A stretch of 64,000 nucleotides of DNA from Halocafeteria seosinensis (lineage: Eukaryota), in the NCBI GenBank assembly GCA_001687465.1, contig LVLI01000006.1, positions 124,001 through 188,000 of the forward strand. The letters are read 5' to 3'. Positions 14,569-27,200 of the stretch are shown piece by piece (within the stretch, counting starts at the first letter, position 1; the number at the start of each line of letters is the position of its first letter). The position numbers were made by a program, and so were the translations under genes. A model generated the notes under the pieces. The model was given only the letters and a program-made list of their open reading frames with translations. It searched no databases and was not told where the DNA came from.

Positions 14569-15885
14569 ATGGGTTCACTAACAGCCCGTATAGCGAGGAT
14601 CGTGGTTTTCCTGTGTGTTACCAAGGCATGTGCTGGAGAACAACAAAGTAGTGAAGAACTTACGAAAGGTTACAAAGAGTTTAAGAAACAGTTCGACCAA
14701 CTCCTAGAACACACCAAGCAACAAGAGCTCGAAATTCAGTCACTCGAAGCAAAATTACGTTATTCAGAAAGCGACGGATCACTGGAGTATCTCAAGCAGA
14801 AAGCCCGAGACTCCCAAACACAGAACTCGATATGGAACTGGGCCCCAGAGCCACCGTACTTGTCGCTGACAACTTTTTCTCCAGCTAGGATATATGTCGC
14901 GAAACAGGCGGTGACAGAGGACGAGTCCCGCTATCTCAGGACACTTATTGAACTAAGCCACCGAAAGTACACAAGTGACCCAAGCCTCCTGCATCAACAG
15001 AACGTTTCCTACTATGTTCGCCGTGAGTTATAGTTACCTTCCTTTCGCATGCTTATTTGTGGCAGCTATTATTCTTGCGATTCTTGCTGCAGGAGTTCTT
15101 GAGGCCGATGAAATCCATCGGGACATTCTGAAGCGTATACACGTCATGGTTGGAGTCCCAATGAAATTTGGTAACCCAGTTCAGGTAGTAATTGCTTCCT
15201 CTTTCCTTTACTGCTGATTTTATTTATAAGTTTGATGCATCTTCACAGTTGGAGTGGAACCGCTGGCCACAACACTATGGTGTCCCCACATTAACTAGCT
15301 CGGGACATAGTAACAACTGCAGCACTATGCTCAAGATTCAAGTGGTTCTCCGCCAACCACGTGAAGGAGGTTATACAGGTTTCTGGGAAGCAAGGTAAGG
15401 CAGTAGATAGTAAATTCCGAAACATTCGAGCCCTGCCCTACTCGGAATACTCGGAACACACGATATGACGCAGATTGAAAAGACACGCGTTTCATATCAG
15501 CACACTCCGACGGCTTTCGAACGTCGATTTGCCAACGAGTAAGGATAGTAGCTGGGAAGAGAAACTGCCGGAAAACTATGCTTCCTCGACAAGTGAGCAA
15601 AGGTGTTCGCATCCACGAATTCTACGACTCAATCCGAAGTCAGGAGACGTGCTATACGTGAGTTTCGTGGGAAGTGTATGAAGAGCAAACGTATGGCATA
15701 TGGCTAAATCTGACTTGCAGTGGTATGTCAGTGACGCTGAACTTGGGCGTAACGACATCACAACTTTTCGCTGTTCTGCGGAAGATGAGCAAATGGTGTT
15801 GCACTACACACTGAACCACCATGTCGCTGGAACTACTAGTGATTTTGCAAACATGTTGGAAACCTGTTTCGGCCTTTCGAGCTAG
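14569..15885 (+). CDS. Divergent prolyl 4-hydroxylase-like protein lacking metal ligands (signal peptide and coiled coil), about 5 exons
   Basis: Signal peptide and coiled coil, then P4H-fold blocks (ARIYVAKQAVTEDE; ILKRIHVMVG; EGGYTGFWEAR; LNPKSGDVL..WY) colinear with the 17586-19175 paralogue. No HxD...H...K set. Confidence 0.6.
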
Positions 15886-16263
15886 ATGACGGCTATAGAA
15901 GCTTATACTTATTAAGATTCGACGGATATTCACCCGATGCTGATGTACCACTGATGGTTTCGAGACGGCGCCGCGTCACCGCGGCCTGCAATCCGTTGCT
16001 TCGCTGTGAAGCCTTCGCAGCACAAGTGCAACAAATGATTGTCGTTTGAGTCGCTAAGTACGTAGTTGCGCCAGTTATGTTTCAGAAAACGTCATTCACG
16101 CCTCATTGTTATTCTCATCTCGTTCTTGATGAATCCGTATATAGACGTAGCTCTTCTTGCTACCGGAGAAGCTCTGGCTGCTTGGTAAGCGCCATATTCA
16201 GGGTGTTACGCAAGAGCCAAAAAATCCATCCATTTTGAGTCTCATTCCGTTGATTCTATAGAT

Positions 16264-17546
16264 ATGTCTTTTGTCAAGCAGGTACGTTTTCCTTTTGTTT
16301 GTTTTTAACATACCTCTCAACCCGAAAGCTCTCCTCTGTGAATGGTCATTTGGCATTTCAACTGCCGTAGTCCGTGTTCCCCTATGTTCCCCCCGTGGGC
16401 GTTCCCTGACGTGTTTTGTGATTTCCATAGGGGCACCTTCAGGGGGCATTCTGCTTTATTGTCTCCCATGCTGTAAAACCTTTGGAAACACTAAGTTTTT
16501 TCATAACGTGATTGGAATCTGTTTGCTATGTACAGTTAGCGGTCGGTGCGAAAAATGCCGGACCAGTAGCCGTAGGCATCGGTATGCTGGGCGTATTAAA
16601 CCCACCGTCCAAAGCAGAAGAACAGCTACATCCCCCCAAGTATCCTTGGGACCATACAGGACCCTTTAGCAGCTACGATGCGAGTACGTATTCTTGTCAA
16701 GGGTCCCCATATGTACGCGCTCCTGACAATGGCCATTTGCTTGCAGAGTCCATCCGGCGTGGGTATCAAGTTTTCAGCCAAGTGTGCTCTACTTGTCACA
16801 GGTAAGACTCTTTGTCAGACACGCTTTCGCTCACGTCACGCGTTCATGTCATGCATTGGAAAAATACAGCATGAAATTTGTGCACTATCGAAACTTAGTT
16901 GGTGTGTGCTATAGCGAAAAGGAAGCCAAAGCTCTTGCGGCTGAAATAGAAGTCACTGACGGTCCCGATGATAGTGGTGAAATGTTTGAGAGGCCAGGAA
17001 AGCTAGCGGACGCTTTCCCATCACCTTACGAAAATGAGGAGCAAGCACGCATGATCAACAATGGTGCTGCACCTCCGGATTTATCATTGATTGCCAAGTC
17101 CCGGCATGGTGGCGAGGACTACCTCTTCGCGTTACTTACGGGTTACCGTGACCCACCAGCTGGTGTCGAAGTAGATGAAGAAGGTGGGCAATATTACAAC
17201 CCCTACTTTGCTGGTGGAAAGATTGCCATGCCGCGGCAGTTAGTTGATGGAGCCATTGAATTCGATGACGGAACACCCTCTACTGCTTCTCAGGTATGCT
17301 GCTGTCAGTTTTGGTTTCTCGTGTACTTGCTCTTGCTTACACCGTATGCTTTCTTTTCTGTGTGCGCAGATGGCAAAAGATGTATCAGCTTTTCTTGTAT
17401 GGGCTGCGGAACCTAAGTCAGATAATCGCAAGAGAATGGGTCAAGAATTTATGGTATTTTTAATGGTGGTCGCTTTGGTCACCGGTTGGTATAAACGTAT
17501 GAGATGGATGCCTGTCAAAACGAGGAAGATCTCCTATTTCAAATAA
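16264..17546 (+). CDS. CYC1: Mitochondrial cytochrome c1, 5 exons
   Basis: [17 protein letters not shown] (haem CxxCH), [41 protein letters not shown] and a C-terminal TM helix. First exon MSFVKQ is inferred. Confidence 0.97.
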
Positions 17547-17585
17547 GGAGCCTCCTCCGTTTTTCCGTCGAACAGGGGAAGATTA

Positions 17586-19175
17586 TTAGATACGCTGTGA
17601 AGCCTGCTCCTCCCACGAAAGACTATCTTCGTGAAGAGCAGCGTCAATTTCGTTACCGAACTCTAGATTAATGCCACACTCGTCTAAGGTTGCACTGAAC
17701 TCGTTCTCTTCGTCTATTCGATGCCACCAGAACCAAACTTGCGCAATCCATTTATCTTGAGTACCTGAAGGGCACCCCCCGTGAAGGCTGAAGTAATCTG
17801 GTTTCAGCTGAGGGTCAAAGCTATACCACGTGACTGCGTCTCCTCGACGGGGTCGAAACTTGATGACGTTGTCACTATTGCAGAACGCTTCTGTTGGCGG
17901 GTTATCACCGTCTCCAAAATCAAGGGGAGGTAGCCCATACGAATAGTCAACGTTGTCCTTTTCTTCCTCCTCCGCTGGGTGCATTGACTCGAAGCCAGCT
18001 GTACGTTCATCCCAGTCGCCGGAGCCGTCTTCCGACAACGGGTTACGCCATCCTGCTTCTGGTCTCCTTCCCCTTTGTCCTATTTCAGAGATGTTGTAGG
18101 GAACCCAATTGCGATACCATTCTCTTGCAAAGGAAGCATTCCGAATCTCGTCCAGACCGTGGAGAACTGAACGCGCACGCTTCCGTGCTTCAGAGTCGTG
18201 GCGAAGTCGCGCCAGTGGAAAAATCTGGGAGTAACAACAACGAACAATGGAAATCCCAAAACTGCATTTCAAACCTATCTCTTCAACTTACCGTGTAGCC
18301 ACCGTCGTCGACATCATTAAGGAAGATCAAAAAGGATGCATATCGTGGCACTTGTAGGTAGTTTCCATCCTGCGATAGGGTGTTGTGATATGATCGATAA
18401 CAGTTCCCCAAACACACACTGCTTAAACCTACATAGTGAAACGTGTACTCAGAGCCCGGAGGGTAGTGCGTAACTTGCATTTCTTCTATATTAGCACTCT
18501 CGAGTCCCAAGTAGTTCGCAATACGAAGTTTGACCCGGTCAAACACAGGCTCCGGGTCTTCTTGAAAGTAACTCATGCTCGTTCTTGCCTCTTTCTCCCC
18601 GACGTCATCTGGCTCCTGCTCGTTGAAAGCGTCCGGTTTGCTGAAGACTTTGCTTCTGGTCATCCCGTTGTCACGTGCAATTGTCTTCTGTGGTGAGTAG
18701 CTTATCTACCAGTAACCAGCATTTAGGAAAACAACTGCATTGTGCGACTTACAATATGCTCTGCTTCCTCTGCAGTTACGAAGTTGGTGACTCTATACAA
18801 TCTTTGAGGAGCGTGGAAAGCTACATCTGCTCCGATCGGATACTTGAAGGGTCCAGAAGCCGATTGGTCAGTTGTAGGGGCGTCTTCGACTGGCAGGGTT
18901 GCCGCGTTTGTTCCATTACGCTTTCGGAGAAGTTTCAGTAATTCAGTTTTTCGCTGCTGCTGCGTCTCCTGTAGTTCTAGCAAGGAATTCATAGCCCTCT
19001 CCATACGTGCCACAGCCCGTGTTGCATCCTCGAGTGTGCTCGTCGTCGAACTCTTTCCTCGATGACTTTGCACTTTAGGACTCACAATGGAAATAAGGGT
19101 GAGCGCCACCAACAGGCTTTGGATGCAACGAGGCCACAATGAGGAGAAGCTTCTCCTGCCTGACAGTGCTGTCAT
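17586..19175 (-). CDS. Prolyl 4-hydroxylase alpha-type 2OG-Fe(II) oxygenase, 4 exons
   Basis: Signal/anchor helix and coiled coil; RLYRVTNFVTAEEAEHI, EEMQVTHY..FHY|D, RYASFLIFLNDVDDGGYT|IFP, PRRGDAV, SLHGGCP..KW give intact H-x-D...H and Lys. Confidence 0.9.
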
Positions 19176-19385
19176 CAGGAGTTGCAACTTCGCGAGGGCC
19201 GAAACCCGGACTACCACGGTGCAACCATATGTTCAGAAGCGAACAGACTCCCTTTTGGGCAGCCCAAATTCCAACACACAGTGTCCATTTGGTGAACTTG
19301 CACAAGTAGCGTTCTATGTGTCATCCTATCGGACAAATACATATCAGTTCAAACGTGTGCAGAACGTGTCGACAGTTTGAAGCTA

Positions 19386-19670
19386 TCAGCCCTGCAATAC
19401 CGTAACTCTCATTCTGGCGACAAGGTATCGGTAAAGCAACATGTATAAAATAAATAACGCCAGAAGGCATACATGGATAAGAAATTCAAGGGGCGACGTT
19501 GTATATTGGTGCTTTGTCAGACAGCAGAAATCAATGTGGCCACAACTCTTGAAACAGCAAGAACGAACCGCCAAACGCATATATTGTCTTCCCAATATGA
19601 GTCCAGTAAACTTTTTAACCACATTTACATCACTTGAACCTTCATTATCCTCAGCTACGATTCTCAGCAT
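19386..19670 (-). CDS. Possible small single-TM protein
   Basis: ATG-initiated 94-aa ORF in an otherwise empty spacer with one hydrophobic helix (FLIHVCLLALFILYMLLY); no family recognised. Confidence 0.25.
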   Translation of the reverse strand: MLRIVAEDNEGSSDVNVVKKFTGLILGRQYMRLAVRSCCFKSCGHIDFCCLTKHQYTTSPLEFLIHVCLLALFILYMLLYRYLVARMRVTVLQG

Positions 19671-19903
19671 GTCATAGACGCGACGGTTGTAGCTTCACAT
19701 CGTCATCACCAAGTTCACACTTCTTCTCGGCACGCGCTGACGAAGCACGCGTGACACATATCGACCTCAGATTGTAGGATAGTTATTCTAGGTAGGCACG
19801 GGTTTGTTTCCGTAGGTGCGTCAGGTTTTGTAAAGGAAGGGAATTTGGAATTGATTTTCTCGAGTTCCACGTGACCGTCGATAGACAGAGAATTATCACG
19901 CAA

Positions 19904-22147
19904 ATGTTCAGTAGGAACCTTGCTATAGGACGACGATTTTGCACTGGAGGCTTTACTAAACAACACGGAACAGCTACTATGAGCACACTCAATCAGTTGA
20001 CGTTCAACGATGTGTTCACGAAAGAGTTCCCAGCGGATCCCGAAACAGAAAACAAGAGGCGTCAAGTGATTGGAGCGGCCTACAGTCTCGTTTCACCCAC
20101 TCCAGTAGAAAAGCCGACGCTGCTCGCATGGTCTGGCGATTTGGCCAGCAAATTGGGGCTGCCCGCAAATGTTGAAGAAGTCAATGACACTGTTGTCGAG
20201 TGGTTGACTGGGAACACGATTCCTGACGGCGTAAACACGTGGGCGCATGTCTACGGAGGATTCCAATTTGGGAATTGGGCTGGGCAGCTGGGAGATGGAC
20301 GCGCAATAAACGTGGGTACGCTTTCAACTGACGCATCGGACTCAAACAAACGCGGCGACTCCGTAGCGGAGCTTCAGCTCAAAGGAGCGGGAGAGACCCC
20401 GTATTCAAGATTTGCTGACGGCAGGGCCGTTCTGCGAAGTAGCATACGTGAATTCATTGCTTCAGAAGCCATGGCAGCTCTTGGGATTCCCACGACGAGA
20501 GCCTTAAGTATAACCTTCACTGGGGAAGGTGTCGAGAGGGATCAGTTCTACAATGGAAACGTTCAAATGGAGCCAGGTAAGCCTTCATACGGCTGTCCTC
20601 CATATCCAGTTTTTTGAGTTACAAAAAAACTATTTCTGTGTACAGGTGCAATAGTGTGTAGGGTAGCCCCGTCATTCTTGCGATTTGGAAGCATTGAATG
20701 GGCTGCAGCAAAAGACCAGACTACCTTGATGGAGCAGTATATCGACTTCACTATCGATAACTTTTACCCACACTTAAATAGTCTTGGACGGGAAGAACGG
20801 TACGAATAGTTTACACTTCTTTGGGTAAACGACTTCCGTAAAATAACGGAAAGAAGATTGTATCCGCAGGATCAAAGAATGGTACGGAGAAGTAGTCGAG
20901 CGATCTGCCAGGCTTGTCGCCCTTTGGCAAGCGACTGGCTTTGTTCATGGTGTACTGAATACTGACAACATGTCGCTTATTGGTCTAACTATCGATTATG
21001 GGCCCTACGGCTGGATGGAAGGGTAAGTCTTTGGCACTCGGTAATGGGGCATATGTCGTGATTATTTTCTGCACCAACCATCCAGGTTTGACCCTTCATT
21101 CACCCCGAACACTTCAGACGGGGGGAAACGCTACTGCTACAAAATGCAGCCTTCAATCTTTAAGTGGAATTGTAAGTTCCCTTTTCCTACCATGGTGTGC
21201 TCAAGCCAGATTTTAGTGGGCGTTTATTATATCCGTGTACAGGCATGAGACTGGGAATATGTTTGGCAAAGTTGCTAGGAGAGGAGTACGTGGAAGGAAT
21301 CCAGTCTCAGCTCGATAGATTTGAGCGAACATTCTACGACTCATATTATGAATTGTTTCGCCGAAAACTTGGATTTGCAAGCTGGAATGTAAAGGAGAAG
21401 AGTCTAGTTCAACAAACTGAAGTGCTTCTGGGAAACCATACAGAGGTTGTCGACTGCGGAGACGATTTAGATGCGGCTATTGAACAGTACGGAGATGACG
21501 CTCTACTTGGGAAGCTGTTCCAGCTTATGAGAGCGAGTCGGGCAGATTTTACGAACGTGTTTCGAGCTCTTACGGTTGGATACGATGTGATTGACACACA
21601 AAGTTTGATGGATCGGTTGAATGCTAGTGTTTTAAACAGCTGCGGCGCTGAAATTTCGGACGGTTTGGAAGCAGAATGGAGAGCCTGGTGCGAAGCATAC
21701 TGTGCTCGCGTAAAAAGGGAAACAGTGGATGATCGATTAACTGCCCAAAGCCAAACAAATCCTAAGTACGTTCCTCGAAATTATCAAATGTATGCAGCTA
21801 CTAAAGCATTAGAGGGGGAAGGTAAAGCGGAGAAATTTCAAGCGATTCTCTCTGCGACATGTAACCCATTCGATTGCCTCAAAGATCAAGGCAACTTAAG
21901 TAGCATCATTGTAACAGGTGCGCCGTTGCTGTGCACTGGAGCTCTATCTAAGGCACCGCATATCAAAAAGACGGATTATTCAAATGATTTAGGTGTTGCC
22001 GTCCCTGGCATCTCCACGTCCGAAACTTTTGTGCAGGAATGGAACCCTTACAACACAGATGGCAGTTTGTCGGACGAACAACTGCAGAGCCCCGCAACGA
22101 AGTATGAATCCGCTTCTCGTGTGACTCAGCTAAGCTGTTCCTCCTAA
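19904..22147 (+). CDS. SELENOO: SelO/YdiU protein adenylyltransferase, Cys-type, with mitochondrial-type presequence, 5 exons
   Basis: [76 protein letters not shown]; ends SCSS. Confidence 0.95.
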
Positions 22148-23964
22148 CGATTGATGTCTCAGGTCTTCTCGAACTTGTTCGGCTAGCTTAGACAGTTCTT
22201 GTAGCCCTTGTTGCTCCTCTTCGGCCTTCCAGTTCTGGGATGTTTCCCACCATCTTTCATCGGGTGCTTGTTGCTCTTCTCCGAGACATTCATTGATAGT
22301 CAATTTGTCCTCGTACGACATTGGTGAGGTACCGCTGCGAGCGTTGCACTGATAATTTACAGCAGGATCTTTCTGGTTATCGTCGTGAAGTGAGACAATA
22401 TAGTGCATCCAGTAGCCGGGTACATAGAGAACTTCACCTTCCTTCAGCACAGTTTCTACAGCGCGGGCATTTTCAGCATGCCGGCTGCTAATGTCATTGG
22501 CAAAAACTGTTTCGGGATCTGAGTAATCGTATTGAAAATGCCGCTTTGACGGACCACTTGACATGATGCCCGCGTGCCTGCGTAATGTTAAACGGCTTAA
22601 GCACATTGCCCCAAATGTACTTTCGAGGATCGAAAGAACTTACCTGCATTCGGATGGAGGAAGCAATATATAGCGTTTTTGCCCTCCAAGAATAGCGATA
22701 AAATTCAAGTGTCCATCCCAGTGTCCTTCTGCAACCACTCCTTTCATTCCGAATCTACAGTGGATTCCCTGCAGTATCAGCGAATACAGCAGAGGCCCGT
22801 CGACGCGTAGAACATCTGAGTACCAACAATCGTAACAGTCTTACTCTGATGTCATTCGCATCCACGATAAAGAAATCGTCCCATTTTCTCCATATTTCAA
22901 TGTCCTTCCCTGGAGCTTTACTTCCTCCCTGTGGATTATCTCCAAATGTAAGATAATAGTGTGGAAACGTATGAGCCAACGGCGCCTCTGAAAAATTGGC
23001 ATATGGCCATTGCCCTTTCTTGAATCGCGAATGCATTAAGCCAGCACCATCATACGGGTTATCAGGCGAAATAGGGGCTTTAGGGTTTTCATCGAACTTT
23101 CTAGCAGATTCTTCGATCTTACGCTCGGTTGATCTCACCATCTCCCTCCACTCGTCGAACGTCATCAATTCTGTGCTCGGTGGAGGATAAGCAAATGTGT
23201 AGCCCGTCTTCCGTACAGCTGCTTCAAAGGGGTTGTCGCTTTTGGGAGGTCTCAAAGATGTCTTAAAATTCCCACTTCGCACACCAGTTCCAGCATCCTT
23301 ATTCCAACTCTTGATTCCTGCGCGGGCTGTCGTTGTACCGGCAGCGTTAGCCAGTTTCTGAGATGGCCGAAAAAACATGAAGTGATTGTGGTACCCCGCT
23401 CCAATTCCGTATTTCTGAGAACCCATGTTTTGAGACATATGTTCATCACTCTTCCATTTCTTGACGACCTCATTCTGAACTCCATGGAATCATGGATACA
23501 ATTGGGGACAAAATGTGGCGAGGCGGGAATCCAACGCAACTTACCACATGAGGAACATTATACACTTTGAACGGCACTTCATTCTTGCGTAATAACCGCG
23601 CTCTTTGTTTCTGGGCGGGGTCTTGATAATCCAGTCGCTCTAGTGAATCAAACTTCGTGCCACCGCCAACCTCCTCTGGAGGCACATAGGGGATATCCGG
23701 GGACCATCGAGCCAATAAACGCTTGAACGTGAACATTTGCGGGAACACTTTCTTCGTCTCCTCTTTTTCCTGCTCCGTCTTTGTCCGGCCCATAGAGTCA
23801 TGGGGCATCCCTCGAAGTGCACGGGCAAAGGTATCGGCGTATTCCTCCTCCAAAGAAGTGTAATGAGGCTCTTGCATGGCTTCTGGAAGGGACCCGGAGG
23901 CTTCCAAGAGGCCCCAATTCGTCACGCACAGCGTGCCGAGGATTACCAACAAGGCTCTCGTCAT
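22130..23964 (-). CDS. Secreted/lumenal JmjC (cupin-like) 2OG oxygenase, multi-exon
   Basis: Signal peptide MTRALLVILGTLCV; exon near 22645-22755 encodes GVVAEGHWDGHLNFIAILGGQKRYILLPP (H-x-D); last exon LKEGEVLYVPGYWMHYIVSL (distal His). Confidence 0.85.
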
Positions 23965-24201
23965 TCTCCTCCGCCTCCTCTATCTTCTCTTGTACTATAT
24001 TCGCGAACAGGGATGGACAAGGGGACAATACAATGCGAATCATGTAGAGTAATACGTAACTTCAACTTCGCATTTCTTCTTTGAGAAGATGCGGAAACCA
24101 TCCCCGTGATGCTTGTCACTGGAAGTTGCCAGTGATGGTACCATTTTATCAACAACAACGAAGCAAAGTCGACTGTTCATTCATTATTTATTTGTACTAT
24201 C

Positions 24202-27200
24202 CTACTGTTGCTGCTCTTGATGCCGACGCCGCGAGATTCGGTCATGAGCACGCTTGATATCCCATTGCTGTTTCCATCGAAGAAACTCTTCTTGTTCAAA
24301 TGCGGAACTTGTGGTACTGGATACTTCCGGAGACGTATCAGACGCTCGAGCGAGAGAACTCGAAGATTTAAGAATATGTTGGTCTGCCTTTAAACCAACC
24401 CTCCTCGGGGCGTTCTTCTGCAGACGCTGGGGAAGAGCAGCTGTTTGCAATTCATCTTCCTCTTCATGACCTGTCGGCTTAGTAAGCCATTCAGTAATAT
24501 GCTCTTGAGGGACCATGACTATGGTTTCGTCGCGAGTTTTACCATGAGCAAACTCCGGTACCAACGATGAATCAACGGACTCTAAGATGCTTCGGACATG
24601 GTGGCGCAGTTTAAAAGGGCAGTAAATGCTGACAGTTTGTGGTACAGGCTTTCCTGTCTTCGCATCCCGTCTGAGCCGGCGCAGAAAATCCCACAACACG
24701 CATGTAGTAGTGTTGGGAGACAAACCAGAAACATAGAGAATTCCCTCCTGAACCCTGCCTATCACGGCATTGGTTACATCAACCTCGTTATCAAGACCCA
24801 GGTCCAGGATCTCATTGACGCTGTCAACAGCATAGAGATCTCCAGCGGCATTCAGAAGAGAGAGCCATGAGTACTCACTGGGAGGGCAGCCGGCATTCAG
24901 TCCCTTGAGAATTACATTCTTCCCCGTTTCAATACTGTTATTATTAACACAGCAGCTAACGAGCGCGTCAATCTGATTCGACGACAATGGAATGTTCATG
25001 TCTCCCGTGGCCCGCATGATCTCAAACACAGTATCCGGTCGTTTTGTGTGTGCACAACCCCAAAGTAACGCTTCTAATGCGACCACAGGCACGTCTGAAC
25101 CAAGTCTTTCAAACTCTTCAAAATAGCGAAGGGAGTCCTCCGGTTCACCCGCTTCACACGTAGCTCTAATGAGAGCAACAAGGTCGCCCTGCGAACCTGT
25201 TTCGCTATCAGGTGTCGCGGCGTACTCCATTACATCAAGATTGGCAGGAAGTTCATCGATGCCGAGACTCTCAAGGACCGTACGCTTGACAGATATACCT
25301 TCTTCGCCGTCTTCGCCAGACTCGCGCAACTCCTTCTCAAGGCTTCGCAGATAGCGATAGTGACCCTGAGGCAACTGTTCCCCTGAAGCGTTGACTTGGT
25401 CTGGGTAAGATAGTTCGCTTGATAGTGCGGCTCCCCTTTCATTCAAAGGATCCTTGCATAACCGTATCATTGAACGAAACAACTGCCGCCACTGGGACAC
25501 GGAGAGACGAGTATCTTCTACATGCTTAGATCCTGGTACCAAATGACCATTATTCTCTTTCTTAACAAGTTCGATATTGTAGCTGTTGAGTGGAAGGCTT
25601 TCCTGCCGTTCGCGTTGCGGAACTAAAGAAGACTGATACTCACTGAGTTCGCGTTTACGCTCCCTTAAGACATATTCAACAGCTCTTGGAGTACAGAGCA
25701 GATTGTTAACAGCTAAATTCTTGACAACTCCGATTAAGTTTGGAAAATCGCGATTTTCTGCTAATGTAGCAATTACGGAATCATAGAAGGGGGCTGAGAG
25801 CTCCTTTGGCTGCGGCAGTGATTGGATGGATTCGATCAAACTCAGAGTCGAAGACAGGCCATAGGATCGTTGGTAACGCAGCAACCAGTTTATAGTAACA
25901 GAGAGAGCACATCTAGGAGCACGCCGAAATAGAATCTCTCCTGTGGAAATCGTGGCGGAGTTTCCCGCAGAGGTTAGACCGTTGGTGACCTCATGGGATT
26001 TCCTCTCCGCCCAAGCTTTGATCAGTTCGGTTGCTCGGAACACGGCATCAACATTGTGTTCCTTTGTGCAGGCTATAGCTAGACTTACAACATCGCATCC
26101 AAGTAAAACAGGTCGACCGACTCCATAAAGCATGCGCGAGAACATGCTCACGGCTTCAGTCCCCTCTCCAGTGACTGCACACCAACGGAACCAAACAGTG
26201 GTCCATGACCTCTGAGTATCGTACGACGCTTTTGTAATCTTCTCCATGGCTGGAAATCCAGTGTTGGGCAATCTTATTCCACTCGTCTCAGAAAAAGCCG
26301 CTTCCAATAGCAAATTCGCAGAAAAGATATATGGAAGAATGTTGACATCGGTCTCATCCGCCTGTTTCCGCGCGACGTATTGCCGCAGATGCTCGTTTTT
26401 TTTAGAAAAAGCAGCCACTGCGTCTGCAAATCGACGCACTATTGTTTCCTTCGAATCTTCATTGTTCTGGGGCACTACTTTCGAGGATAACAATCTGTCA
26501 ATCTTACGCAGCTCTGAACTCACGTCGTGTTCCTTTGTGATGTGGAGAACTCCAAAACCGCATTCATTGTAGACGGGGAGTAATTCCGGAATCAACGTCA
26601 CCATCAACCTCTTCAATTCACGTTTCGTTGTTTGAGCTGCACCATGCTCTGGAGTTTCGCTTGAATCATGCATTTCACAACAAAGCTCGAGTATTTCTCG
26701 TCGTATACGCGTAAACATAGTCAGAGACTGCTGGATGCCACCACATTCTGAGAGTGCTTCTACAGCTTTCCATGGATTCTTGATAGAGACGTAGGCTCTT
26801 GTTAAACCAGCAATATGGGTATCCGTGATCTCATTCCTCTCCTTAGCGTCCTCGAAGACTTTGTGCGCCAGGTTTATATCACCACATTTCACAGCTGCAC
26901 CGAGCAGCAGAACCCTCGACGACGGGGTATCAATCTCTCGCGCTACAGAAATCACCTCTGTCGGACATTCGCTAGATACACTACCAGAGGTACGAGGAAC
27001 CTGGGAACGAATAGCACGGACTAAATCATCCTCTGTATAGGTAGCATTAGCTCCAGAGGAGTACTGTCGCTGAGTCACCTGAGGCCTTCTCGTACTTCTA
27101 CCATGTTGTACAGCGCAAATTCTTCCTCGCTCTTTTGCAGCGGCATTTTCCCATCTAGTTCCCGTGATACGCTGGTGATGACATCGTATACAGGACCTTA

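Noticed and set aside
16320..16452. RNase MRP, U17/snR30 or TPP riboswitch in the CYC1 intron
   Set aside because: The conserved motifs (GAAAGUCCCC and GARAR; AUAUUCCUA and AAACCAU; CUGAGA) are absent or only partly matched.
22136..22147. Selenocysteine in SelO
   Set aside because: The codon is TGT (Cys), followed by TCC TCC TAA.
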